Shown here: in pieces, positions 34,444 to 43,783 of the stretch
How the letters are laid out: every line of letters begins with the position of its first letter
Position numbering within the stretch: position 1 is the stretch's first letter
From: a virus
Taxonomy: Duplodnaviria; Caudoviricetes
DNA length: 45,969 bases
Direction: 5' to 3' (one strand)
Virus record (IMG/VR): IMGVR_UViG_3300029822_000019
Span: 1 to 45,969 of that record
Position numbers and translations under genes: made by a program
The notes under the pieces: generated by a model
Seen by the model: the letters and a program-made list of their open reading frames with translations, nothing else
Told to the model about the DNA's origin: nothing
Database searches by the model: none

Positions 34444-35182
34444 GATTCTTGCGGTGTTTCTTTATATATTCAAATGAGTTATAGAATTGAAGGACTGAGA
34501 GCTTATCTATATCCAACGATAATTCGTGAGATAGGAACAGGCACATGTCCTCAAATTGTCTGTCATATTTGATTTCTGTACTCTCTTTGCCCGAGAAGAC
34601 TTTTGGTTTAGCCAACGTAAGCAGGAAATCATCTATTTGATCGATCTCCTGCTTGTGGTCGGCATTACGTATGATAGAGTCAAGTTGAAAGAGAATTCGG
34701 AATCTCAATTTGTCATGATATTCCTTCACTGCAGCATCATCGAATTGACCTGGAAAGTAGAGGTTTATCTCGTTATCAATTTTTTTTTTAACCGACTGGA
34801 GTAGCCGGTTGAAGAAACCTACAGATGTCTCACCCAGTTGTTTTTGTAAAAATCTTAATTTCTCATCCGAAAGATCAGAGTTCTCAACCCCATCTACTGA
34901 CTTTATCAACACCATGAGGGCTAAATGTCTTACATTAGTTCCTTGGGACACTAAATATAAGGCTTGCCTGAGGTTTTCTAATTCCATGTTGGCGTTGACC
35001 TTATCAGACAGCTCCACAAATCTCATGATCCTCCCTATTTTCTCATTGATGTCATTCAGGTCACTTCCGACACCGGCATCAACGAGGAGGTACTTATTGA
35101 ACTTATGAAACCGCTTGATCGGGAGTTCGTCAATCGAATCATAAAGCTCTACCTTATATTTTCCTATTTCTATCGTCTTCAT
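34424..35182 (-). CDS. Probable tail assembly chaperone
   Basis: Directly upstream of TMP; start set at MKTIEIG (35182, overlapping the upstream stop); internal A10 run. Confidence 0.6.
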   Translation of the reverse strand: MKTIEIGKYKVELYDSIDELPIKRFHKFNKYLLVDAGVGSDLNDINEKIGRIMRFVELSDKVNANMELENLRQALYLVSQGTNVRHLALMVLIKSVDGVENSDLSDEKLRFLQKQLGETSVGFFNRLLQSVKKKIDNEINLYFPGQFDDAAVKEYHDKLRFRILFQLDSIIRNADHKQEIDQIDDFLLTLAKPKVFSGKESTEIKYDRQFEDMCLFLSHELSLDIDKLSVLQFYNSFEYIKKHRKNHGRQSH

Positions 35183-35430
35183 ATTAATAGTCTTACAATG
35201 GGACTTGCGAAGATGGGATAGAATAGTACAATCCAATCTCCATCCCCAAAAGTAAATAAAAGAACTGAGAGGACAAAGCAGATCCAGAAAGAAATACAAA
35301 AGTCACAGTTGAACATCTTTGAGATCAATTTAGGACCATATATTTGCCCTTTTTCCCTCCACCCCAATTTGGTTATCAGGAGAAGAATAAACGTGGCGGA
35401 TAGGGCCAAAAGAATCACACTCTCGATCAT
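35179..35430 (-). CDS. Small membrane protein with CxxC
   Basis: Three hydrophobic segments, CDFCISFW. Confidence 0.65.
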   Translation of the reverse strand: MIESVILLALSATFILLLITKLGWREKGQIYGPKLISKMFNCDFCISFWICFVLSVLLFTFGDGDWIVLFYPIFASPIVRLLI

Positions 35431-35431
35431 A

Positions 35432-36001
35432 TTAGCACCCTCCTTCCATGAATAACATTTCTCCTTCGAATCTCATGCCCCCATAAGGTTGCATCATGTA
35501 TTGACTATCGATTTCCTTCAAGCTGTAGCCCTTATAAACGTTCTCAGGCTGTTCGAATATCTGCCGGATGTCAATTCTTCCTGTAGTGAGCCGAAGCTCT
35601 CTTGTGATCACTTTTACGATCTGCTCCTTTAGAGCTTCAGTGTTCCGGTCCTTCTCACCCGGAAAGATCTTATCAAGGTTGAACCAAAATACGATCGAGT
35701 ATTTCACCTTCACGTTGTTTTGGGTGTTTGGCCTGAAGTCCACACTCTGAGGATCATCCACAACCACAAAGGAATAGTTCCCCAATTTTTGATCAGGGAG
35801 GACGTTGATATAAGTTCCTTTGCCGATATGCACACCGGGATAAAAGTAGTTTTGTTTCCCCTTCAAAGTGACTAACTTCTGAGCTCTCCCAAATGAGTAG
35901 TTCAGCCACGAAAGTTTTGCCTTCAGACCATCCTGGATCTGAACCACTAACTTATCAATGAATGCCGGATCTTCCGGCTTTGGAACTAATGGTATATTCA
36001 T
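35432..36001 (-). CDS. Virion neck / tail-completion protein (putative)
   Basis: Size and position between head and tail genes. Confidence 0.5.
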   Translation of the reverse strand: MNIPLVPKPEDPAFIDKLVVQIQDGLKAKLSWLNYSFGRAQKLVTLKGKQNYFYPGVHIGKGTYINVLPDQKLGNYSFVVVDDPQSVDFRPNTQNNVKVKYSIVFWFNLDKIFPGEKDRNTEALKEQIVKVITRELRLTTGRIDIRQIFEQPENVYKGYSLKEIDSQYMMQPYGGMRFEGEMLFMEGGC

Positions 36002-36438
36002 AATCTTTTAAGTAATTCGTTTAGTGCCGGCTTGACATAGTCAACGGCGAATTCATGAAAATTTTCATCAGTCAATCCGAGGATGTCTTCCCCATACCCA
36101 AACATCAGTTCTTCAGTCTTCCAGTCAGAAGCTTTGACCTGGAACCCATCAGCCTGGAATTCAATGTAGAATGATCTGTGGAAGTCTCCTTCGTCCCTGA
36201 GTGTCACACGGGATGTAGGTTGACCTTTCAATTTCTTGATCTCCACAGTGAGAGCAGCATAAGGGGCAAAGCTTGCTATCTCAACCCCTTTCCTCGTAAT
36301 ACCTTTTTCAAATAGTTGATCCTCGGCGTTCATATCCAGGATGATATTGTCATTCTCTCGAACAACCTCTTCGATGACTTTTGCTATTTCGTCTTCGAAG
36401 CTTTTCAACCTGGATATGAGTTCGTCAAGTTTTTTCAT
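35998..36438 (-). CDS. Virion morphogenesis / neck protein (putative)
   Basis: VTLRDEGDFHRSF...YGEDILGLT; position in the head-tail region. Confidence 0.55.
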   Translation of the reverse strand: MKKLDELISRLKSFEDEIAKVIEEVVRENDNIILDMNAEDQLFEKGITRKGVEIASFAPYAALTVEIKKLKGQPTSRVTLRDEGDFHRSFYIEFQADGFQVKASDWKTEELMFGYGEDILGLTDENFHEFAVDYVKPALNELLKRL

Positions 36439-37742
36439 TACACAGTTCTGAATCGGACCCCTTTATTGTTGCAAGGAAAACAAACCTTGCTCATATTTGC
36501 AGTATCAAGTTTGACAGCTTCCATCGCTTTCCCGAAGTTGTAGACCAGACCACTTTTCTTATAGCCCTGACTGTCCCCATCGATCTCATACATGATGTCT
36601 TGACGGGAGAAGTTTTGTTGGGCCCTGCCGATGTTGAAGTTTGGATTGTAGGCCATTTCTCTGAGCATGTCAATTCCTACCTGAAGACCAATGATGTTCT
36701 GGAAGGCTCTCCTCTGCTCGAGAACAAGATCCGTGATGTCGCATTCGATTGAGATCTGTAGGTTGATTCCCCAGTTTTGAGTATAAGTATAAAGGTTCGT
36801 TGCTACGTCCCAAAGTTCCGGTTTATCTTCCCCATCAACTTCAAACTGACTTGTCTTAAAAGGATGGACTTCCAGGAACCTGCTCCACACTCTCCAGTTT
36901 GCAGTCTCTGAGGCATCGCAAGTTGAACAAGGTTTAGCGCTCCAGTCTTTATTCTTATTGATCGCCTGAACTGTTGGATCAAGATCCATTTGTTTGTAGA
37001 CCAAGTACCACGAACCTCCTGCATCAGTTTCATCACTGAGGTATGGAAGGAACAAATCATCTTGGTCGAACCATTGCATGCCTGAATTGCGGATTCGGTC
37101 CAGTGTTATGATCCTCACAGGATCTTTTCGGCTCGAGTGCATCAGGTACAAAGTCACAGGACCTTGACCCGTCATTTGCAATCCGATCTTTTCGATCTTC
37201 AAAGTAATACCTTGAGCTCTGATCGGAACCAATTCAAAACCTACCAAGTTTGTACCTGAAGGGATGAGGTCCGTGATCCTTCCTGTGCCATTAAATAAGG
37301 TCTTACTCTCAAGGATGTTCTTTGCTGTCTTGTCTGACATTTTCTCATCCCAGAAGGTCCTGATGGCCTTCAGGATGCTTGCCTGAGTCTTTTGTTCCAA
37401 CCATTCAGAGAATTGATCGAACCTCTCCCACTCAGTTGTATGAGTCTCAGGACTCAGACCAATGTTGGCCATTTTTGCCCTGTAGTGTTTCCCTGTATCT
37501 GTCACCCGGTCCCCGATCCGGTATTGAGTCTCAACGTCCCAAGCAGGATAAGTGATGAGATCAAAGTTCGGAGCAATAGACTTTATATTGGGGAGAGTCA
37601 ACAGAGGATGGATCTCCTGGAAGTATTGACCTGTTTCACTTTGAGTCAAACTATCTGAGATAGTGAACTCAGACACATCATGGTGCTGCCTCCACCCCCA
37701 TAGGTGTGAGAGCCCTGTTTTTATTTCTGCCGGTCTATACAT
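36438..37742 (-). CDS. Structural protein (head-tail connector candidate)
   Basis: 434 aa, after MCP; contains a short W....Y..GD.V...G..Y module resembling a small carbohydrate-binding domain. Confidence 0.55.
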   Translation of the reverse strand: MYRPAEIKTGLSHLWGWRQHHDVSEFTISDSLTQSETGQYFQEIHPLLTLPNIKSIAPNFDLITYPAWDVETQYRIGDRVTDTGKHYRAKMANIGLSPETHTTEWERFDQFSEWLEQKTQASILKAIRTFWDEKMSDKTAKNILESKTLFNGTGRITDLIPSGTNLVGFELVPIRAQGITLKIEKIGLQMTGQGPVTLYLMHSSRKDPVRIITLDRIRNSGMQWFDQDDLFLPYLSDETDAGGSWYLVYKQMDLDPTVQAINKNKDWSAKPCSTCDASETANWRVWSRFLEVHPFKTSQFEVDGEDKPELWDVATNLYTYTQNWGINLQISIECDITDLVLEQRRAFQNIIGLQVGIDMLREMAYNPNFNIGRAQQNFSRQDIMYEIDGDSQGYKKSGLVYNFGKAMEAVKLDTANMSKVCFPCNNKGVRFRTV

Positions 37743-37759
37743 ATAGCTTTTGTTTTAAC

Positions 37760-37792
37760 AAAAAAGGGAAGGGCGCCATGGCCTCTCCCTTT
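37760..37792 (-). terminator. Intrinsic terminator after capsid genes
   Basis: GGGAGAGGC-6nt-GCCCTTCCC followed by TTTTTT on the minus strand. Confidence 0.7.
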
Positions 37793-37820
37793 CTTAATGA
37801 TTCACAGACTTATTAGTGTA

Positions 37821-38105
37821 TTACTCTGCCGCCTCTGTCGCCAAAATTCCATTTGCTCTGAGAGCCGCAAGAATGTTATTTACAACGGGGGCAACCAGAT
37901 CGACCGTAGCTTCCGGCGCCAAATCAGCTATAGCTGTTTGGGGAGTAATCACAGCTCCAGCTGCTGCCTCAGCTTTTGAAGTGGCTACTGATTCAATATA
38001 ATTGTCAACCAGTTCTTTAAGAACGGGACCGGGTACGGAGACTGCACCCTGTTGGGTGCAATCCTTTTCAATAAGGGCTTGCAATTGTGCTTTGTTTAGT
38101 GCCAT
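37821..38105 (-). CDS. Head fibre / decoration protein (putative)
   Basis: Q.AIADL.......V...NNILAALRANGI motif; follows MCP. Confidence 0.6.
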   Translation of the reverse strand: MALNKAQLQALIEKDCTQQGAVSVPGPVLKELVDNYIESVATSKAEAAAGAVITPQTAIADLAPEATVDLVAPVVNNILAALRANGILATEAAE

Positions 38106-38125
38106 TGTATTACTGTTTTAAGAGG

Positions 38126-39235
38126 TTAGACAACTTCTTGAGTAGGAACAGGGTTCGTGTCAGTGTTGGCGATAACCACCTTAGCAGCATCAGCAGCAGT
38201 CTCAGACAAGATTGCAAACTTCATGATCGGCATAGCGATCGATGCGGGAGCAGAGTTGTAAGGAGTGATGAAAGCCACGTCAACAGCAAAACCGTAGTGC
38301 TCTTTGCGAGCTCTGGTAAGGTCAGCCGTAGCAGCTCCGGCGATTGCGTTGTAGTCACCTTTACTTTCGTAGAAGTAAGTACCAATCGGGAAGTTGAGCA
38401 TTGGCAGTGTATCTATACCCCATTCAGTACCATCGGCCATACGAGTGTTGAGCAAAGACTCACGTTCGAATCTTGTCAAGATACCAACAGAACCACCTTG
38501 AACAGCGAACAGGTTTGCGAACTCACCTACACCATTTGCCACTCTTGTTGAGAAGTGCAGGATCTTGTCACTGTACTGAAGCGTTTTGTTCTCAGCGTTG
38601 TAGAGGTCTTTCTCAGCCAATTTGCGGATGATCGACTCAACTCCGGCGTTCCCCAATACGTGGATCTCTCCGAAATGGTCGTTTGCGGCCATCATCGGGT
38701 TGATGTCTCCGATAAGGTTCTCGCGTAATTTCCAAGGAGCCTGAACTACGTTTCCGGTTTCAGTGTACTGAAGCAGATCAGCAAAGACCTGAGATTTGGC
38801 AGCCGTAAGGGCAGCCACAGCAGCGGCGTCCAGGGTTTCGCCGAACTTGTACAGGTACTTATTGAACTTACGTTCGAAGTCCTGTTGCATTGAGATTTCA
38901 TTGTTCATGAACATTGCCGGAACAATGGTGAATCCCCATGCGTAGGTCGCGAATGTAATGGTGAACATCTGAGAGGTGTTCTCGCTGTCTGCGATAGTCA
39001 CCGATCGAGTGTTCCCGATTGTTACCCCGCCGTCGTAATCGATTACAGGGGTCTGTAAGGTATTGCCAATTGAGCTCTCGGCCTTGGTCTTAAGCTCATC
39101 GGTCAAAATACCGGCAGGGTCTTCGGATTGCTGCATGAACAAATTCAATGCACCATAACGGCTGGGGCGCAATTCATTTTTGTCCAAGTTCCCTTTAGCC
39201 CTGATGTTTTGGATTCTTGTGTTAATTAAAGACAT
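38126..39235 (-). CDS. Major capsid protein
   Basis: 369 aa downstream of portal and scaffold; resembles, from memory, the MCP of Bacteroides phage B40-8/B124-14 types. Confidence 0.85.
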   Translation of the reverse strand: MSLINTRIQNIRAKGNLDKNELRPSRYGALNLFMQQSEDPAGILTDELKTKAESSIGNTLQTPVIDYDGGVTIGNTRSVTIADSENTSQMFTITFATYAWGFTIVPAMFMNNEISMQQDFERKFNKYLYKFGETLDAAAVAALTAAKSQVFADLLQYTETGNVVQAPWKLRENLIGDINPMMAANDHFGEIHVLGNAGVESIIRKLAEKDLYNAENKTLQYSDKILHFSTRVANGVGEFANLFAVQGGSVGILTRFERESLLNTRMADGTEWGIDTLPMLNFPIGTYFYESKGDYNAIAGAATADLTRARKEHYGFAVDVAFITPYNSAPASIAMPIMKFAILSETAADAAKVVIANTDTNPVPTQEVV

Positions 39236-39305
39236 AATCTAAATTTTTAAGTTGTTAATGATTGCGTGTTACCCTTGCACGTTATAATCTTCTTCACAAA
39301 TGTAA

Positions 39306-39701
39306 TTACTTTTTTCTGAATAAGGAGAATATCCATTCAATTATTTTCGTATCAGCCACCCCGTTTGCAGCTAAAGAAGCTCCAAATCCATAAATGAGGG
39401 CCCAATACCATGTCAATCCATCCAGAAATCCTAAATGCAGGAACCAGCCAAACATTGTCATGGCAATACCAGTTACCCAAGAAAGTAATTGAACCAACCA
39501 GTCTGGTGTCTCCTTTGTCTTTCCAAATAGGTTCTTCAGGAACTCAACCACTACAGGGATGGCGGCCACAAGAGCTACGAAGGTAGTGAATGCAGTTTCA
39601 AAGGCTCCAGGTATTTCTCCCGAACCATCCTGAGCAAACAACAGAGTTGTGGGCAGGAGCATGATCACCATAAGCATTAAGATTTTCATAAAAGTTTTCA
39701 T
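39306..39701 (-). CDS. Membrane protein (signal peptide + ~3 TM, holin-like)
   Basis: LFA|Q cleavage-like site, hydrophobic segments, GASLAANG. Confidence 0.7.
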   Translation of the reverse strand: MKTFMKILMLMVIMLLPTTLLFAQDGSGEIPGAFETAFTTFVALVAAIPVVVEFLKNLFGKTKETPDWLVQLLSWVTGIAMTMFGWFLHLGFLDGLTWYWALIYGFGASLAANGVADTKIIEWIFSLFRKK

Positions 39702-39730
39702 TGATCAAATCGTTTTTAATTTATTACAGT

Positions 39731-39754
39731 GGGACCCTCCTCTCAAAGGGTCCC
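39731..39754 (-). other. GNRA-capped hairpin after scaffold gene
   Basis: GGGACCCTTT-GAGA-GGAGGGTCCC on the minus strand; no U-tract. Confidence 0.5.
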
Positions 39755-39760
39755 GTTTAT

Positions 39761-40705
39761 TTATCGAATAGGAAGTTTAGCAACTCCGTTTTCTTCTCTC
39801 AATTTCTTCTGCTTCTCAGCAAAGGAGGCCGAACCTCTTGTTTCGCCGTTCTGCATCAGATATTTGACAATGATCTCGTCTGCTTGTACCTGAGTTTTAG
39901 CTCCGGCAATATCGACGATTTCAATTGTATCTACTCCACCCTTTCCGGGTTCTTCGGTTCCGGTTCCTGTGGACTTCTTTCCTGGATCGAGAACCTCCTT
40001 CAGTTGTTCACTGATAAGTTCCTGAGCAGTGTAAGGGTTGAGCGAGTTCGCTTTGTTACGAACGATCTCCCCTTTCTCATCTCTGAAGACCATGACTCTT
40101 GATCCTCCAGCCTCCACCCAATCGGGTTTGTATGTTTTCAGGATCGCGGACTTAGCGGATGAAAGCAATGTCTTCTGAACGCTCTCAGGATAACCGGCTT
40201 TGAACTTCAGGCCTGCAACAGCTTTTTCAAACTGTGTGTCAACCTGGATGCTTGTGATCTGCTGAGAGAATTCCTTTTCCTTATTGCCCCAGGCCTGTTT
40301 GTCCGTGTCGTACTGAGTTTTCAGTGTGGCCAATTCAGTTTGAGCATCTTTCAGCTGTTGGCGGATGACCTCATCCCCTTTCCCTTCTGAGATCTGTTGT
40401 TTCAGATTTGCGATCTCGGTTTCATATCCTGTGATCTTGTTCTGGAGCTCAGTGGCTCCCCCGATCTTAGCTTTGAAATCCCCGAGGACACGCTTCACAT
40501 AGTCATAGGATTTTTCACCCTGATTCTTTTCAATACCAGTGACAGCTTTTACATCCTCGTCATAACGACCGTGGAGTTCTCCGATTTTAGTATTGATGAC
40601 CTGGTTCTCGTCATTCACTGACAGAGTGGCGATAGCAGTCAATTGCGCTTCACTGAGTGTGGCAAGATCTGCATTGGCTTTGATTACTTCTGGTGTAAGT
40701 GCCAT
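39761..40705 (-). CDS. Capsid scaffolding protein (putative)
   Basis: Coiled-coil, charged; between portal and MCP. Confidence 0.65.
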   Translation of the reverse strand: MALTPEVIKANADLATLSEAQLTAIATLSVNDENQVINTKIGELHGRYDEDVKAVTGIEKNQGEKSYDYVKRVLGDFKAKIGGATELQNKITGYETEIANLKQQISEGKGDEVIRQQLKDAQTELATLKTQYDTDKQAWGNKEKEFSQQITSIQVDTQFEKAVAGLKFKAGYPESVQKTLLSSAKSAILKTYKPDWVEAGGSRVMVFRDEKGEIVRNKANSLNPYTAQELISEQLKEVLDPGKKSTGTGTEEPGKGGVDTIEIVDIAGAKTQVQADEIIVKYLMQNGETRGSASFAEKQKKLREENGVAKLPIR

Positions 40706-40744
40706 AATTTTTACCCTTTAAATTATGATTAATAAATATGGTTT

Positions 40745-41218
40745 TTACAACTTCAGTGCTTCAGGGTTCCACATGATTTCCATCGTGTAGCCTAAGCCTG
40801 AACTGTTCTTCACGAATGAATTCCATTCAGCTACTGTGAATTTCTGGATGTACTCCTTTGAGAGTTTCTTTCCCGACTTCGGATCGAATGCGGGTTTGTC
40901 CAGTTTTACATGGAAGATATCTCTCTCAGATTCTTTAGGGATGTAGGTCCCATTCTGAGCGGCCTTCGTACGTGCCTGATTCTCAGCCTCTACCTTCTTC
41001 AGATAATCGGCTTTCAAATCATCAACGGATTTCTGAGCGGCCTTAATACCCGCTTTGTCCTCCGGTTTCACTCCTTTCAAAGTAGCTTGAGCCTCCAAGT
41101 ACTTTTCCTTGGCAGTCTCAGTAGCACCTTTGGCAGATTCATACGCCTTTTTGTTCTTGGCGATCTCTTCAGCCTTCTGGGTTTGTGCCTCCGACTGGGT
41201 TGTCTTGTTCTCTGACAT
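40745..41218 (-). CDS. Hypothetical protein
   Basis: 157 aa; helical N-terminal half; in head module. Confidence 0.7.
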   Translation of the reverse strand: MSENKTTQSEAQTQKAEEIAKNKKAYESAKGATETAKEKYLEAQATLKGVKPEDKAGIKAAQKSVDDLKADYLKKVEAENQARTKAAQNGTYIPKESERDIFHVKLDKPAFDPKSGKKLSKEYIQKFTVAEWNSFVKNSSGLGYTMEIMWNPEALKL

Positions 41219-42899
41219 ACTCTTTAAATTTTTCGTTTATAATACTGATTTTTTTATCGAAGTCTAATTGAGAACCGAACTCGATGATGTTCATGTTCTC
41301 CCTTTCGAACCGATCCACAAATGTAGAAAAATTAATTTTAATTTTAAGTGAATCCAGGTTTAAAAGTTGCTTATCCTGAAGTTTCATAAGCTCCTCGAAA
41401 GTGAAATGCCTGTACGGTTCAAGATGCTTCAGAATGAACATTCTTTGCATCTCCTGTTCGTCATTCCTGTACTCGGTCTCGATGATCTGATTTTGAATCG
41501 AATCCAGGATGGCGTCACTGGCACCATTTTCTTTGGCCTGTTTGTACTGAGCATAGAGGTCGTCAACTGAATAGATATAGAACTCAGTGCCCATTGAAAT
41601 GGAACTACTCAGGAAGTTCTCCCCATACCTTAATAGACAACAGGTGTCATCTACGAATTTACGGGCAGCTTCCAGGTTACCCTTCAATGAATTCAGAACA
41701 CTAACTCTACTTTCAAAGTTGGCTGTGACCTGCATCTCATTGATGCTCTGTTTCTGGTTAACGTCTCCGCCTGTTCCTACCACTGAAGTAAAGACCTCAG
41801 ACTTCAAACGATCCACTTCCTCAACGTTGTAATCCAGGGAGGACTTATCAATAGTAGTGATCTGCACTGGGTTCCTGAGGTCCGGATCATTTCCGGTTGG
41901 TACAGGTACCTCAATGAATGATCCCACTCCTGCAAGTCTCTTATTGGCACACACAGGACATTGTTCTACGGTTCCATCTCTCAACACCTTGTAGTGTTGA
42001 TCCTGGTTCCTTAAATATCCCCCATCGCAATAGTCTCCCGTTTCGTTGTTCTGGAAATCACAGTCGGCCTCGTACGCGCTATATATAGGATATGGTGCGT
42101 AAAGGTCCAAATGCCTTTTACTGATTGAGAAGAAAAGCAACCAATCTAAGTTGGCTAATTGTGGAGACAGAGGAGACCTTTTAAGCTCCGGTTGATTCTG
42201 GGTCAATTCCGTAGACCAGAAGAATCTGGCCGGGCAATAACCCAATCCATGCTCGCGTTCAATAGGATCGCCGGAGATGTTCCCATCTTTGTCCAGTTGT
42301 ATGGTCCTGTAGTAGGTATCGTCAAAACAAGCAATCTTATTGCCTGGTTGTCTGAAGATGATCCACTGCAGAGCCCCCTTCTTGAACTCGTAATCAATTA
42401 CATGCTCAATCCCCAGAAAATAAAAGTAAGGGTCTGGATAGTCCCCTTTTTGTTCCTCAGGCAAATCAACTATCAACACTGAGTTGATTGCTGTCTTGAC
42501 TGCGTCCCATCCTTTCTTTCTCCAGATCCCAGGTTCTTTGAGGATCTCCTGTCTGTACCACTCCCAATCATCCTTATAGGTCGCATCAGTAAACTGATAA
42601 TTGACAGAAGGATTCTTTCCATCAAATACCCGTTCCAAGTCATTGAAGATCGAGTTCGTGAGTTGAATGGTCGGTGTAGGAAATTGGAAGAGACTCACAA
42701 ACACTTTGAACTTGTCCTTCGGGATCAAAGTTTTCACCCAATCCAGAAAGACAGTCAGTGGCTGTGATATTTCCGAAGGCTCCATAAAGCTTTCGGCATG
42801 GAACCGTAACCGGTTCTCATGCCTGATCGCTTTCTTAATCGTTTGAGTCTTCTTCGGACCTTTTATTCTTTCCCTTATTTCGCTTACTTGTAAGGCCAT
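41169..42899 (-). CDS. Portal protein
   Basis: 576 aa, downstream of terminase and upstream of scaffold/MCP. Confidence 0.75.
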   Translation of the reverse strand: MALQVSEIRERIKGPKKTQTIKKAIRHENRLRFHAESFMEPSEISQPLTVFLDWVKTLIPKDKFKVFVSLFQFPTPTIQLTNSIFNDLERVFDGKNPSVNYQFTDATYKDDWEWYRQEILKEPGIWRKKGWDAVKTAINSVLIVDLPEEQKGDYPDPYFYFLGIEHVIDYEFKKGALQWIIFRQPGNKIACFDDTYYRTIQLDKDGNISGDPIEREHGLGYCPARFFWSTELTQNQPELKRSPLSPQLANLDWLLFFSISKRHLDLYAPYPIYSAYEADCDFQNNETGDYCDGGYLRNQDQHYKVLRDGTVEQCPVCANKRLAGVGSFIEVPVPTGNDPDLRNPVQITTIDKSSLDYNVEEVDRLKSEVFTSVVGTGGDVNQKQSINEMQVTANFESRVSVLNSLKGNLEAARKFVDDTCCLLRYGENFLSSSISMGTEFYIYSVDDLYAQYKQAKENGASDAILDSIQNQIIETEYRNDEQEMQRMFILKHLEPYRHFTFEELMKLQDKQLLNLDSLKIKINFSTFVDRFERENMNIIEFGSQLDFDKKISIINEKFKEYVREQDNPVGGTNPEG

Positions 42900-43044
42900 T
42901 CATTTCGTCCATTTGATAGTTTGAATCTTCCGGGAGGTGCCACCCTCCATTGTCTGGCATTCTCAGAATTCGCTCAGCATGATTGATCTCGAATTCCTGT
43001 TTCTTATCTCCTACCTGGAGAACTACTCTATTCGTTCTTTCCAT
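42835..43044 (-). CDS. Hypothetical protein
   Basis: 69 aa, QEFEINHAERILRM...GGW.LP. Confidence 0.7.
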   Translation of the reverse strand: MERTNRVVLQVGDKKQEFEINHAERILRMPDNGGWHLPEDSNYQMDEMNGLTSKRNKGKNKRSEEDSND

Positions 43045-43054
43045 GGCTCAAAGA

Positions 43055-43699
43055 TTAAGCAGGTGTTGCAAGATCAGTCAAAGCGTTGAAGTCGTCCGGG
43101 GTGATCAGATGCAAATTGTCTGACCAGTTAGGGAAGAACTTCCATGAGATGACGTTCATGTCTGGAGCCTCGAAGCCTCCTAAAGTTTTATCGCCTACGA
43201 ACAGAGACCCAATTGGAATGGGGCTAAATTTAGTAGGTGCTGAAAGGCTGTCAACCAGACCAGCAATACGACCGAATTCATCCACCAGGTAAACACCAAC
43301 ATTCTCACACATGTACTGCTTAAGGGCAGCTATAGTGGCCTGAGAGGTACGAAGGATGTTTGCAGTGAAGGAAGTAGGTTCGCGGCCGATGATCAGTTCA
43401 ACGCCTCCGAGAGTTTCGTTCCCTCCGCCATAAGTACGGGCTGCACCAGGTTCAGTGGTTGGAGCCTGAAGATATGGAGATTGAACGACCTTGGTGCCAT
43501 CAGTCGCAGCTAATAGCGGAGTCCAAGATGCTTTCGTGTCCGGATCGGCCGTGGCGATCACGAACTCATTTTTTGTGTTCCCCGTTGAAAAGATCCGTTG
43601 AAAGATAACTTTCTGAACCTGTCCAAGGGACTCAGGGCACTCGCTCAAAGGAATGCTCGGAAGAGCAGCGCCAGTCGGACAATTACAAAGTAAGCTCAT
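43055..43699 (-). CDS. Probable major tail tube protein
   Basis: C.C......P...C.ESLGQVQKV.FQR N-terminus; beta-rich 214 aa; no other tube candidate seen. Confidence 0.5.
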   Translation of the reverse strand: MSLLCNCPTGAALPSIPLSECPESLGQVQKVIFQRIFSTGNTKNEFVIATADPDTKASWTPLLAATDGTKVVQSPYLQAPTTEPGAARTYGGGNETLGGVELIIGREPTSFTANILRTSQATIAALKQYMCENVGVYLVDEFGRIAGLVDSLSAPTKFSPIPIGSLFVGDKTLGGFEAPDMNVISWKFFPNWSDNLHLITPDDFNALTDLATPA

Positions 43700-43732
43700 T
43701 GTTCTACAGTTTTAAAATTAAACATTGATACG

Positions 43733-43772
43733 CAAATATAATCCATCTCATCTGAATTACTTTGCAAAAGTA
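43733..43772 (-). promoter_or_regulatory. Bacteroidota-type promoter(s)
   Basis: TACTTTTG and TATATTTG on the minus strand between terL and the next gene. Confidence 0.5.
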
Positions 43773-43783
43773 TATATAAATTT

